Of a stretch of 64,000 bases of DNA, positions 1 to 9,155 are shown one piece after another. Position 1 is the stretch's first letter. Every line of letters starts with the position of its first letter. The position numbers and the translations under genes are program-made. The DNA comes from Gammaproteobacteria bacterium (GTDB taxonomy: Bacteria > Pseudomonadota > Gammaproteobacteria > HK1). The notes beneath the pieces are model-generated. The model had not been told where the DNA came from. It saw only the letters and a program-made list of their open reading frames with translations, and ran no database searches. The DNA is taken from contig JAJFJU010000003.1 in the NCBI GenBank assembly GCA_021773645.1, forward strand, positions 119,495 to 183,494. The letters are read 5' to 3'.

Positions 1-891
1 ATCAAACATACCAGTCGTCTAAGCCCAGGGCAGATCTCGAAGATTCGCTATCGCATTGACGTCAATACCCTGCACCGTCTGGACGCGACGGCGTTGGAGT
101 TGAACGAAATTGGCCGTTGTACGGTAGAGGTGGCTCGTCCGCTGGCCTTCGATCCCTACCGCGAAAATCGCACCACCGGTGCCTTCATCATCATCGACCG
201 GGTAAGCCACAATACCGTGGGCGCCGGCATGATCCTGGATCGTAAACCGGGTGAGCGGGAACTGGACGCACACCATCGGGTGACCGAGACGCGTGCCCGT
301 CATCTGCAGCTTGATCGCAGTCTGGTGTCACTGGAAGAACGCAATACACGCAGCGGCCAGCGTCCGGTTACGGTGTGGCTCACCGGCCTCATGGGTTCGG
401 GCAAGAGCACCATCGGTTGTGCGCTGGAGCGTCGGCTATTTGATGACGGTCGGTTGGTCACCCTGTACGACGGTGAGAACACGCGGCTAGGGCTCAACAA
501 GGATCTGGACTTCAGCGCTGACGATCGTGCCGAGAACGCGCGGCGTGCGGCCGAGGTAGCCAAGCTATTTAATGAAGCCGGCATGATCAGCATCTCCACC
601 CTGCTGTCGCCCAGCGATGAGGACCGCGGAATCGCTTGTTCTATTGTGGGCGAGGATCGCTTCCTGCTGATCTATTTGTCGGCACCGGTAGAGGTCTGCA
701 AGGAGCGGGCGCCGCATCGCATCTATGAGAAGGCAGAGGAGGGCGAGATCAAGGTCTTCCCGGGCGTGAATGCCCCTTATGATGTGCCGGAATCACCAGA
801 TCTGGTATTACCCACCCACGAGATCTCGGTAGAGGAAAGCGTTGATCGTATCGTGGCGCTGCTGGAAGAGCGTGGGGTTTTCGATGCCTAG
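1..891 (+). CDS. cysNC: Sulfate adenylyltransferase subunit 1 / adenylylsulfate kinase fusion (CysN-CysC), 5' end cut by the window edge
   Basis: Frame 1 is open from base 1. The first part reads like the CysN C-terminal barrel (TTGAFIIIDR). The second part is an APS-kinase domain with P-loop GLMGSGKST and the downstream FISP-like motif ISTLLSPS. Stop TAG at 889-891. Confidence 0.9.
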   Translation: MKHTSRLSPGQISKIRYRIDVNTLHRLDATALELNEIGRCTVEVARPLAFDPYRENRTTGAFIIIDRVSHNTVGAGMILDRKPGERELDAHHRVTETRARHLQLDRSLVSLEERNTRSGQRPVTVWLTGLMGSGKSTIGCALERRLFDDGRLVTLYDGENTRLGLNKDLDFSADDRAENARRAAEVAKLFNEAGMISISTLLSPSDEDRGIACSIVGEDRFLLIYLSAPVEVCKERAPHRIYEKAEEGEIKVFPGVNAPYDVPESPDLVLPTHEISVEESVDRIVALLEERGVFDA

Positions 892-905
892 ATAAAGACT
901 CAAAC

Positions 906-967
906 GGCGGACATGGTCCGCACTACGTGATTTTTGATGAAACGGCGTAGGGTGGGCCGTGCCCGCC
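906..967. repeat. REP doublet (REPIN-like hairpin), family C
   Basis: GGCGGACATGGTCCGCACTACG (906-927) faces an imperfect inverted copy CGTAGGGTGGGCCGTGCCCGCC (946-967). It sits between the convergent cysNC and DUF2782 genes. The same unit recurs at 25326 and 27040. Confidence 0.6.
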
Positions 968-973
968 GTTGCT

Positions 974-1321
974 CTACCAGCGAAATAAAACCCATTTGTT
1001 GATGAGGAAATCCGGGCTGATTTCAGCCTGTCGAGTTTCCAGTTCACCATCTCCGTCCGCATCCACCAGGTAATAGACCGGGGCATTCTTCGGTACGACC
1101 TTGATGGCTCGCAGGCGGCCGTTGACCCGATATTCGTGGACGGTTTCTTCCTTGCGCTGGATGATGATGACATCGGGTTCGAACACCTCTCCGCTCTGTA
1201 CGCGTTGTGGGAGGGGGGGTGGCTCCGGTGCTGCTTCCAGGGCGGTGCCATCGGCGGCACCTACTTGTAGAGTAAACAGCATGCCGGCGGTGAGGCTTAG
1301 AAGTTTCTTGTTTTTAAACAT
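974..1321 (-). CDS. Secreted DUF2782-like protein
   Basis: The ORF is trimmed to the ATG at 1321 (MFKNKKLLSLTAGMLF.., signal-peptide-like). The conserved core is VIIIQRKEETVHEYRVNGRL..VYYLVDADGDG. Proteins of this type are often found next to polA in pseudomonads. Confidence 0.7.
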   Translation of the reverse strand: MFKNKKLLSLTAGMLFTLQVGAADGTALEAAPEPPPLPQRVQSGEVFEPDVIIIQRKEETVHEYRVNGRLRAIKVVPKNAPVYYLVDADGDGELETRQAEISPDFLINKWVLFRW

Positions 1322-1355
1322 GATCCAGTCTTTGGTTTTGAGCGTTTGGTGATTA

Positions 1356-2087
1356 TTAGAGTTGCTGCAGGATTTCGCGTTCCGCGGCCGAAGGTTCGAA
1401 GCCACGGCCTTCATAGTGTGAACAGATAGCATCCACGACTTCCTGAGGTTTGTCTACCAACTGAAACAGATCCAAATCCTCGGGGGCAACGGTGCCCTCG
1501 GCGACCAGGGTGTGCTTGAACCAGTGCAGTAAGCCTTCCCAGAATTCCGAGCCCACCAGGATAATAGGGATGCGGCGGGTCTTGCCGGTCTGCACCAGGG
1601 TCAGAATCTCGGCCATCTCATCCAGGGTGCCAAAGCCCCCGGGAAGCACCACATAGGCCGAGGCATATTTTACGAACATCACCTTGCGCGAAAAGAAATG
1701 ACGGAAGCTCAGAGCGATATCCTGATAGGGATTCCCTTGCTGCTCCTGGGGCAGCAGAATATTCAGCCCGATGCTCAGCGACTTGCCGGCGTGGGCGCCG
1801 CGATTGGCAGCCTCCATAATGCCTGGACCACCGCCGCTGACCACTGAGAAGCCGGCATCGGAAAGTAGTCGGGTTATCTTTTCGGTAAGCTGGTAATAGG
1901 GGTGATCGGGGGCGATGCGTGCGGATCCGAAGACACTCACCGAGGGGCGTATGCAGGCGAGCCGCTCGAAACCTTCGACAAACTCCGCCATGATCTGGAA
2001 CACTTTCCATGATTCCAGTGTGAGACTCTTGTCGTCCATGGCCTTCAAGCGAGGGCGTGGCGGTGTAGGATGTTCCGTTGGCTTCAT
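1356..2087 (-). CDS. LOG family / TIGR00730 Rossmann-fold nucleotide hydrolase
   Basis: Motifs GGGPGIMEA and PGGFGTLDE are present. The ATG at 2087 is preceded by GAGGTG. The longer ORF reaching 2177 only adds sequence encoded by repeat A1. Confidence 0.85.
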   Translation of the reverse strand: MKPTEHPTPPRPRLKAMDDKSLTLESWKVFQIMAEFVEGFERLACIRPSVSVFGSARIAPDHPYYQLTEKITRLLSDAGFSVVSGGGPGIMEAANRGAHAGKSLSIGLNILLPQEQQGNPYQDIALSFRHFFSRKVMFVKYASAYVVLPGGFGTLDEMAEILTLVQTGKTRRIPIILVGSEFWEGLLHWFKHTLVAEGTVAPEDLDLFQLVDKPQEVVDAICSHYEGRGFEPSAAEREILQQL

Positions 2088-2125
2088 AATCACCTCGGTC
2101 CGGGGGAGACAGAAACGCCTCCTGA

Positions 2126-2286
2126 GGAGTCTGTTGGACTTAGGACTGCTCTGCTGCGGAAAAGTCCTATTGGCCATATTTTCCGATCCTTTTCGTCTAA
2201 TAGAATGACTATTATCCTCAAATGATCAAAAAATCTGTCTCAATAGGACTTTCCCTCGCTACGAGCGCCTAAATCCAACAGACTCC
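2126..2286 (+). mobile_element. MITE-like element, family A, copy 1 (161 bp)
   Basis: The 19-bp terminal inverted repeats are GGAGTCTGTTGGACTTAGG and CCTAAATCCAACAGACTCC. The element is alignable over its full length with 21285-21445 and, in inverted orientation, with 45635-45796. Confidence 0.8.
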
Positions 2287-2321
2287 GGCTCCTCTTTTTA
2301 GCACACTTCAAGCGCATTGCC

Positions 2322-5018
2322 ATGGCCAAATGTTTCATACTCGTCGACGGTTCTTCCTTTCTCTACCGGGCTTTCCACGCTCTGCCGGAATTGGCCAACT
2401 CCAAGGGTCAGCCCACCGGGGCAATCTATGGCGTGATTAATATGCTGCGTCGTCTGTTGGCAGACTACGAGCCCGATTATGTGGCGGTTATTTTCGATGC
2501 TAAGGGCAAGACCTTCCGCAGTGATCTGTATCCCGAGTACAAGGCCCAGCGGCCACCCATGCCCGAGGAGCTGGTTTCGCAGATAGAACCGCTGCATGCC
2601 ATCGTCAGTGCCATGGGCTTGCCGTTATTACAGGTGAGCGGAGTGGAGGCGGACGATGTTATTGGCACGCTCAGCCGCCAGGCGGAGGCCGCAGGTCTCG
2701 ACACGCTGATGGCTACAAATGACAAGGATATGGCGCAGTTAGTCAGTCCCCACACCAGCATGATCAACGCCTTGAATGGTGATCTGATGGACCCTGCGGG
2801 GGTGGAGTCCAAATTTGGCGTGCCGCCGGAGCGGATCATCGATTATCTCAGTCTCATGGGGGATACCGTGGACAATGTGCCCGGGGTGCCCAAGGTAGGC
2901 CCCAAGACCGCGGCCAAGTGGCTGAAGAGCTGGGGATCTCTGGATGCGGTGATCGCCAATGCTACTGAGATTGGCGGCAAGGTGGGTGAATCCTTGCGGG
3001 AGCACCTGGAACAGTTGCCATTGTCGCGGGAGCTAGTGACCATTAAATGCGATGTACCGCTGGATCTTGCGCCGCTGCAATGTGTGCGTCAGGCGACGGA
3101 TACCGCGGTATTGCGGCAACGCTATGCCGAGCTGGAGTTCAATACTTGGCTGTCGGATTTGCCGGTGGATGACGGCGCATCCCCGGAACCAACCCCAGAG
3201 CTGCCTCCGAAGATTGATTATGAAACGGTGCTTGATGAGCTGGTCATGGAGCGCTGGCTGCGGCGCCTGCAGGATGCCGAGTATTTCGCCTTTGATACCG
3301 AGACCACGGGCCTTGATTACATGTCAGCCGAGATCGTCGGCATCTCCTTCTCGGTGGTGGATGGTGAGGCGGCCTATGTACCGCTGGCCCACAATTATCC
3401 GGGCGCGCCGACGCAATTAAACCGGGATAGCGTGTTAGAGCGCATGCGGCCTTTGCTGGAGGATCCCGCAGTAGCCAAGGTGGGCCAAAATCTGAAATAC
3501 GATATGAGCGTGCTGGCGCGTTATGGCATTGAATTGCATGGTATACGCCACGATTCTATGCTGGAATCCTATGTGCTCGACAGCATCGCCACCCGTCACA
3601 ATATGGACGCGCTGGCCCTCAAGTATCTTGATCACAGCACCATCCATTTCGAGGACATTGCTGGCAAGGGCAAGAAGCAGCTTGGCTTCAATGAGATCGA
3701 TCTGGAGATTGCCGGGCCCTATGCCGCGGAGGACGCGGACATCACCGGCCGTTTACACCGCACGCTGTGGCCACGGCTGCAGCAGACGGCCTCTCTGCAA
3801 AATCTCTATGAGGAACTGGAGATACCCTTGGTCCCGGTGCTTTCGCGCATGGAGCGTACCGGGGTGATGGTGGATGCTGAGGCTCTGCGGGAGCAAAGCG
3901 CTGCCCTTTCACGCCGTATCCTGGCCTTCGAGGAACAGGCCTTCGAGCTGGCGGGCCAGCGCTTTAATCTAGGTTCTCCCAAGCAGATCCAAGGGGTGCT
4001 TTACGAGGGTATGGGTCTGCCGGTGCTATCACGCACCCCCAAGGGCCAGCCCTCCACCGCTGAATCGGTGTTGCAGCAGCTGGCTGAGGATTTTCCGCTA
4101 CCCAAACTGATCCTCGAACACCGCAGTTTGAGCAAACTGAAATCCACTTATACCGATGCCTTGCCCGCCCGCATCCATCCGCTCACTGGGCGGGTCCATA
4201 CCTCTTACCATCAGGCAGTGACTGCCACTGGACGGCTGTCCTCTTCGGAACCCAATCTGCAGAATATCCCTATCCGTACTGCAGAGGGGCGGCAGATTCG
4301 CCAAGCTTTTATTGCACCGCCGGGGTATCGGTTGTTAGCGGCAGATTATTCGCAGATCGAGCTGCGTATCATGGCTCATCTGTCTCAAGATCCGGGTTTA
4401 TGCACTGCCTTTGCCGAGGGGGCGGATATTCATCGCGCCACCGCCGCCGAGGTCTTTGATACTCCACCAGATGAAATCTCCACCGAGCAGCGCCGCCGCG
4501 CCAAGGCCATTAACTTTGGGCTTATTTACGGTATGTCTGCATTTGGTCTGGCGCGTCAGCTGGATATAGAGCGGCGGGAGGCCCAGGCCTATATCGACCT
4601 CTATTTCGCCCGCTATCCCGGGGTGCAGGAATTTATGGAACGCACTCGCGAGGCCGCACGCGAGCAGGGCTACGTGGAAACCCTTTATGGGCGGCGGCTG
4701 TATCTGCCGGAGATCCGCGCACGCAACGCCCAGCGTCGCCAGTACGCCGAACGCACCGCCATCAATGCGCCGATGCAAGGCACCGCTGCCGATATCATTA
4801 AGCGGGCGATGATTGGGCTGGATCATTGGCTGGCTGAGGGCGCTATCGATGCGCGGATGATCATGCAGGTCCACGATGAACTGGTGTTTGAGGTGGCGGA
4901 GAGTGATCTGGAAGGTGCTCGAAAAAGCATTGCCGAGCATATGGAATCCGCGGGTAAATTGTCGGTGCCGCTGCTGGTGGATGTGGGCACCGGGGTGAAC
5001 TGGGACGAGGCCCATTGA
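2322..5018 (+). CDS. polA: DNA polymerase I
   Basis: 898 aa. It has an N-terminal 5'-nuclease domain, a 3'-5' exonuclease block (FAFDTETTGLD) and polymerase motifs (DYSQIELRI, QVHDELVFE). Confidence 0.97.
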   Translation: MAKCFILVDGSSFLYRAFHALPELANSKGQPTGAIYGVINMLRRLLADYEPDYVAVIFDAKGKTFRSDLYPEYKAQRPPMPEELVSQIEPLHAIVSAMGLPLLQVSGVEADDVIGTLSRQAEAAGLDTLMATNDKDMAQLVSPHTSMINALNGDLMDPAGVESKFGVPPERIIDYLSLMGDTVDNVPGVPKVGPKTAAKWLKSWGSLDAVIANATEIGGKVGESLREHLEQLPLSRELVTIKCDVPLDLAPLQCVRQATDTAVLRQRYAELEFNTWLSDLPVDDGASPEPTPELPPKIDYETVLDELVMERWLRRLQDAEYFAFDTETTGLDYMSAEIVGISFSVVDGEAAYVPLAHNYPGAPTQLNRDSVLERMRPLLEDPAVAKVGQNLKYDMSVLARYGIELHGIRHDSMLESYVLDSIATRHNMDALALKYLDHSTIHFEDIAGKGKKQLGFNEIDLEIAGPYAAEDADITGRLHRTLWPRLQQTASLQNLYEELEIPLVPVLSRMERTGVMVDAEALREQSAALSRRILAFEEQAFELAGQRFNLGSPKQIQGVLYEGMGLPVLSRTPKGQPSTAESVLQQLAEDFPLPKLILEHRSLSKLKSTYTDALPARIHPLTGRVHTSYHQAVTATGRLSSSEPNLQNIPIRTAEGRQIRQAFIAPPGYRLLAADYSQIELRIMAHLSQDPGLCTAFAEGADIHRATAAEVFDTPPDEISTEQRRRAKAINFGLIYGMSAFGLARQLDIERREAQAYIDLYFARYPGVQEFMERTREAAREQGYVETLYGRRLYLPEIRARNAQRRQYAERTAINAPMQGTAADIIKRAMIGLDHWLAEGAIDARMIMQVHDELVFEVAESDLEGARKSIAEHMESAGKLSVPLLVDVGTGVNWDEAH

Positions 5019-5064
5019 GAGTGGTAGCATTAGTCGCCATTCCCGCTGTCCAATGAAGGAACCG

Positions 5065-5220
5065 CTGATCTATTCGTGAACTCGTATCTTGCGTCCAAAA
5101 TTCCCATCTTTATCGTTGCTGCTCTTCGCAATAGCATTGACTATTACGTGCGAGCAGCGTCTCAAAGCTGGAGATTTTGACTCGCAATCTACTTCGCCCA
5201 GAATAAATCAGAGTCTCCTA
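5065..5220 (+). mobile_element. MITE-like element, family B, copy 1
   Basis: About 150 bp, alignable by eye with 11081-11237. It has imperfect termini (CTGATCTATTC ... GAATAAATCAG) and a central hairpin (GCTGCTCTTCGCAATAG / CTATTACGTGCGAGCAGC). Confidence 0.7.
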
Positions 5221-5237
5221 ACAACTAGGATCCTAAT

Positions 5238-5975
5238 ATGTTGTTAATACCGGCTATCGACCTTAAAGGTGGAAAGTGTGTGCGCCTGCGCCAGGGGCGC
5301 ATGGAGGACGAGACAATTTTCTCGGATGATCCGCTGGAGGTTGCCCAGCGTTGGGTGGATGCCGGGGCCAAACGGCTGCACATCGTGGATCTTGATGGTG
5401 CCTTCAAGGGCGAGCCGAGAAATGCCGGGGTGGTGCATGAGATCGTTGAGCAATTTCCCGATATCCCGGTGCAGATAGGGGGCGGGGTTCGCGATGAGGA
5501 AACCATTGAGTCTTATCTCAACACCGGTGTGCGCTATGTGATCATTGGCACCAAGGCGGTGAACGCGCCGCATTTTGTGGCCGATGTGTGTGCCGAATTT
5601 CCTAGCCATATCATCGTTGGTCTGGATGCCCGCGATGGCAAAGTAGCCACCGATGGTTGGTCCAAACTCTCCCACCATGACGTGATAGATATCGCCCAAC
5701 ACTTCGAGCATGACGGCGTCGAGTCCATTATTTATACCGATATTCATCGCGACGGCATGATGCAGGGGGTCAACGTTGAGGCCACGGTGGAACTGGCGCG
5801 CGCCATCCACATTCCCGTTATCGCCGCCGGTGGAGTGACCAACTTGGATGATGTGCGGGCGCTGCTGGATGTGGCGGATAGCGGGATCGAGGGGGTGATT
5901 ACCGGTCGCGCGATTTATGAGGGCACGCTGGATTACGCCGAGGGCCAGAAGTTGGTGCTCGCGGCGGAGGGCTAA
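5238..5975 (+). CDS. hisA: ProFAR isomerase
   Basis: The N-terminus [17 protein letters not shown] and the motif GGGVR are typical HisA. It lies immediately upstream of hisF. Confidence 0.95.
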   Translation: MLLIPAIDLKGGKCVRLRQGRMEDETIFSDDPLEVAQRWVDAGAKRLHIVDLDGAFKGEPRNAGVVHEIVEQFPDIPVQIGGGVRDEETIESYLNTGVRYVIIGTKAVNAPHFVADVCAEFPSHIIVGLDARDGKVATDGWSKLSHHDVIDIAQHFEHDGVESIIYTDIHRDGMMQGVNVEATVELARAIHIPVIAAGGVTNLDDVRALLDVADSGIEGVITGRAIYEGTLDYAEGQKLVLAAEG

Positions 5976-6746
5976 ATGGGTCTGGCGAAACGAATTATCC
6001 CCTGTCTGGATGTGGATGCCGGACGGGTGGTTAAAGGGGTGCAGTTCGTCAACATCCGGGATGCGGGTGACCCGGTGGAAATTGCACGCCGCTACGATGC
6101 CCAGGGCGCCGACGAAATTACCTTTCTCGACATCACCGCCTCCTCCGATGACCGTGAAACCATGATTCACATGGTGGAAGAAGTAGCCAGTGAGGTCTTC
6201 ATTCCGCTGACCGTGGGCGGCGGCATCCGTTGTGTAGAGGATATTCGTCGGATGCTCAATGCCGGTGCAGACAAGGTGGGGATAAATACTGCTGCGGTAC
6301 ATCACCCGGAACTGGTGCGTGAGGCCGCGGATCGAGTGGGCGCCCAATGCATCGTGGTGGCCATCGACGCCAAGCAGGTGGATAGCGGGCCAGTGCCACG
6401 TTGGGAGGTGTTCACCCACGGCGGGCGCAAGCGCACGGGTATTGACGCGGTGGAGTGGGCGGCACGTATGGCCGAGCTGGGGGCGGGAGAAATCCTGTTA
6501 ACCAGCATGGATCGGGACGGCACTCGGGATGGTTTTGATCTTGCCCTGACCCGGGCGGTGGTCGACGCGGTGCCAGTGCCGGTGATCGCCTCAGGTGGTG
6601 TGGGCAATCTCGGGCATCTGGTGGATGGGGTCAAAGAGGCGGGTGCCGACGCGGTGCTGGCCGCCAGCATCTTTCACTTTGGTGAGTACACTGTCGGGCA
6701 GGCCAAGGAAGAGATGGCCAAAGCGGGCATTGAAGTAAGGGCCTAG
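5976..6746 (+). CDS. hisF: Imidazole glycerol phosphate synthase cyclase subunit
   Basis: The N-terminus [16 protein letters not shown] and the motifs TVGGGIR and ASGG are typical. The ATG directly follows the hisA stop codon. Confidence 0.97.
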   Translation: MGLAKRIIPCLDVDAGRVVKGVQFVNIRDAGDPVEIARRYDAQGADEITFLDITASSDDRETMIHMVEEVASEVFIPLTVGGGIRCVEDIRRMLNAGADKVGINTAAVHHPELVREAADRVGAQCIVVAIDAKQVDSGPVPRWEVFTHGGRKRTGIDAVEWAARMAELGAGEILLTSMDRDGTRDGFDLALTRAVVDAVPVPVIASGGVGNLGHLVDGVKEAGADAVLAASIFHFGEYTVGQAKEEMAKAGIEVRA

Positions 6747-6872
6747 CCCGCCTCTATACGGTGTTTTTCATCAAAGCCTTCTATATTGCGGAACACTTCT
6801 TTACCATTGGTCGCGGTTCGTGGGCAAAAGCCTAGCCACCGAACCCTAGTCCCGTCGCTGCAAGGATAAGCT

Positions 6873-8771
6873 TTGGAACTCTACCTTGAAATCGCTGGCA
6901 ACCAGATTGATGGTGCCCGGGATTATCAGGAAGACGCCTTTTTAACCACCTTCCTGGATGAGGAGGAGGGTGGTGCCAATTCAGCCGCCATGATTATCAT
7001 GGCCGACGGCATGGGTGGGCATGCGGCGGGCAACATCGCCAGCAATCTGGTCGTCTCCACTTTCAATAAATCCTTTACCGGAAATTTCGGCACCGATTCG
7101 GTGGTGGATAATCTGCGTGCGTCGCTTGATAAGGCAAATGATGCGCTGGCGGCATCGGTACGCGAAACGCCCGCTCTGGATGGCATGGGCTGTACGCTGG
7201 TATGCGCCTCCATCCGCCGAGGAAAACTGCGTTGGGTCAGCGTGGGGGATAGCCACCTTTATCTATTGCGCGACAAAGAACTGAGCAAGAAAAACGATGA
7301 CCATAGCTATGGTGGTTATCTGGATCGAATGAAAGCTCAGGGCATGGAGATTGCCGCCGAAGCGGGTCTTTCGCGCAATATGCTGATGAGCGCCTTGACG
7401 GGTCAAGAGATCGCAGAGACCGATTGCCCCAATAAGCCGACCCAACTACTGGCGGGTGATCGCCTGATCATCGCCAGCGATGGTCTGGATACACTGACTA
7501 CCGACACCATCGCCGAGACATCTGCCTGGTCCTCTTCCGCAAAAGAATGTGTGGATGCGCTGCTAAAGGGGGTGGAGGACACGGCTAGGCCACGCCAGGA
7601 CAATGCTACGGTCATCGTGGTTGATGTGTTGGAACGAGCGGCGACAACGGCGGAGCCGGCCTATGAGGCCACTCAACCCCTCCAGCTGGATGAATTAGCG
7701 GCTGAGGCCGGGCTTGAGGAAGTAGATTTTAATGCCGCCTCTGAGTCCGTAGAGCCGGGCATGAACAAGGCGGTTATCGGTGCAATCGCAGCAGCCCTCG
7801 TACTTGCCTTGGGTGCAGGTGCATTTTTTATGCTTCGAGGGGGGGAAGAGTCAGTCACGGTTGCCCCAGTTGAGATGGCAAGCCCCCCCGCACCAGCCAT
7901 CGTCGCTCCAGTGGCGCCTAAACAGGAACCCCCGCCGCCCCTGGTAGTAACGCCAAAACCCGCCCTAAAGATAATGAAGGTCGCTCCGGTTACCCCGCCA
8001 GTACCACAGAAAAAGGCGGCGCCAGTGACGGCAGCAAAGGGCGCGCGTGCATTTAGCGATGTGCTAGCGAGCGGTGGTCGTGGTCCGCAGATGGTGAGTA
8101 TTCCTGCAGGCCGCTTCAAGATGGGTAGCGGTGGGCTTTCTACCAATACCGATGAGCGCCCACGTCACACGGTGAGCGTACCTGCCTTTGCCATCAGCAA
8201 ATACGAAATCACTGCGGCGGAGTACGCGCGCTTTGCCAAGGCAAGCAAGCGCCCCGTTCCCGATAATCTTTATCTCGATAGGAACACCCATCCAGTCATC
8301 TTCACCAGCTGGGATGACGCCCATTACTACAGCCAGTGGCTGTCCCGCGAGACCGGTAAGAAATATCGCCTACCCACCGAGGCGGAGTGGGAGTATGCAG
8401 CTTCTGGGGGGCGTGAAACACCTTACTGGTGGGGCTTTGAATTCAAACAGAAAATGGCTCATTGCTTTGGTTGTGGCACTGAGTTTGATCCGCGCAAGCC
8501 AACGCGTGTGGGTCGCTTTACCGCCAATCCCTTTGGTCTTTATGATACCGCTGGCAACGTGGCGGAATGGGTGCAGGACTGTTATCACACGACGTATAAG
8601 GATGCCCCCGTTGATGGCAGCAAGTGGGAAGGGGGGGAGTGTTCCTATAGAATCGCTCGCGGTGGTTCCTACGATAGCCCATCAAAGTCTATCCGGCATG
8701 CGAAGCGAAGCAAGCTGAAGGCAACGAATACCTACAGTAGCGTGGGCATTCGTTTAGTTCGTGAGCGGTGA
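6873..8771 (+). CDS. Membrane-spanning PP2C phosphatase fused to an FGE-sulfatase (SUMF1-like) domain
   Basis: TTG start with AGGA 6 nt upstream. PP2C motifs are present (YQEDAF, ADGMGGHAAG, GDSHLYLL, ASDGLD, DNATVIVV). One TM helix (AVIGAIAAALVLALGAGAFFML) is followed by a Pro-rich linker and an FGE-type domain (RPRHTVSV..YRLPTEAEWEYAA..NVAEWVQD..RGGS). Confidence 0.85.
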   Translation: MELYLEIAGNQIDGARDYQEDAFLTTFLDEEEGGANSAAMIIMADGMGGHAAGNIASNLVVSTFNKSFTGNFGTDSVVDNLRASLDKANDALAASVRETPALDGMGCTLVCASIRRGKLRWVSVGDSHLYLLRDKELSKKNDDHSYGGYLDRMKAQGMEIAAEAGLSRNMLMSALTGQEIAETDCPNKPTQLLAGDRLIIASDGLDTLTTDTIAETSAWSSSAKECVDALLKGVEDTARPRQDNATVIVVDVLERAATTAEPAYEATQPLQLDELAAEAGLEEVDFNAASESVEPGMNKAVIGAIAAALVLALGAGAFFMLRGGEESVTVAPVEMASPPAPAIVAPVAPKQEPPPPLVVTPKPALKIMKVAPVTPPVPQKKAAPVTAAKGARAFSDVLASGGRGPQMVSIPAGRFKMGSGGLSTNTDERPRHTVSVPAFAISKYEITAAEYARFAKASKRPVPDNLYLDRNTHPVIFTSWDDAHYYSQWLSRETGKKYRLPTEAEWEYAASGGRETPYWWGFEFKQKMAHCFGCGTEFDPRKPTRVGRFTANPFGLYDTAGNVAEWVQDCYHTTYKDAPVDGSKWEGGECSYRIARGGSYDSPSKSIRHAKRSKLKATNTYSSVGIRLVRER

Positions 8772-8848
8772 TGGTGGGGCTGCTTGAGATTAGTTTTTTT
8801 GTGTGTGCCGGGCATGAGTCCGGTCGTTTGTAATATGGAGCATGAACA

Positions 8849-9067
8849 ATGAGTGAGCGGGAAACTGGAACCGTAAAGTGGTTCAATAATTCTAAGGGTT
8901 TTGGCTTTATCGAGCGTAGCGAGGGAGACGATGTTTTCGTTCATTTCCGTGCTATTCGGGATGATGGTAGCGATGGCTACCGCAGCCTGACCGATGGTCA
9001 GTCGGTAGAATTCACCGTGACCCAGGGGGAGAAGGGGCTGCAAGCTGAGGATGTAGTCGGCATCTAG
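8849..9067 (+). CDS. Cold-shock (CspA family) protein
   Basis: 72 aa with RNP1 KGFGFI and RNP2 VFVHF. Confidence 0.95.
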   Translation: MSERETGTVKWFNNSKGFGFIERSEGDDVFVHFRAIRDDGSDGYRSLTDGQSVEFTVTQGEKGLQAEDVVGI

Positions 9068-9155
9068 GGCTTAAATGTGTACGGGGTGGTTCTGACCATC
9101 TCGTGCACACCCCTGTCGTTTGCCATTCTCGCGTGTGCGGTATGCGCAGCGGGGA

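Noticed and set aside
409-435. The atypical APS-kinase P-loop GLMGSGKST in CysNC (Met where Ser is usual), as a sign of an inactive kinase domain.
   Set aside because: The GxxGxGKST core is intact and the rest of the domain looks canonical. A single non-catalytic substitution is not enough evidence.
2088-2177. N-terminal extensions of tracked ORFs into repeats: LOG to 2177, DUF255 to 11180 and gcdH from 21424.
   Set aside because: The extensions are encoded by MITE sequence. Each gene has a downstream ATG with its own Shine-Dalgarno at the position expected from the family N-terminus. The in-frame coincidence is kept only as a note in the family-A finding.
5244-6419. A 391-aa ORF antisense to hisA and hisF. 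Similar long antisense ORFs occur at 18327-19037 (aspS), 24466-25083 (HAD gene), 26111-26800 (thiG), 27740-28651 (GAPDH-like), 55295-56155 (gltD) and 60318-61271 (mnmG).
   Set aside because: Each lies entirely opposite a gene with strong family motifs. The translations are low-complexity (His/Arg/Gly/Leu-rich) with no motifs. They are typical shadow ORFs of GC-biased codon usage.
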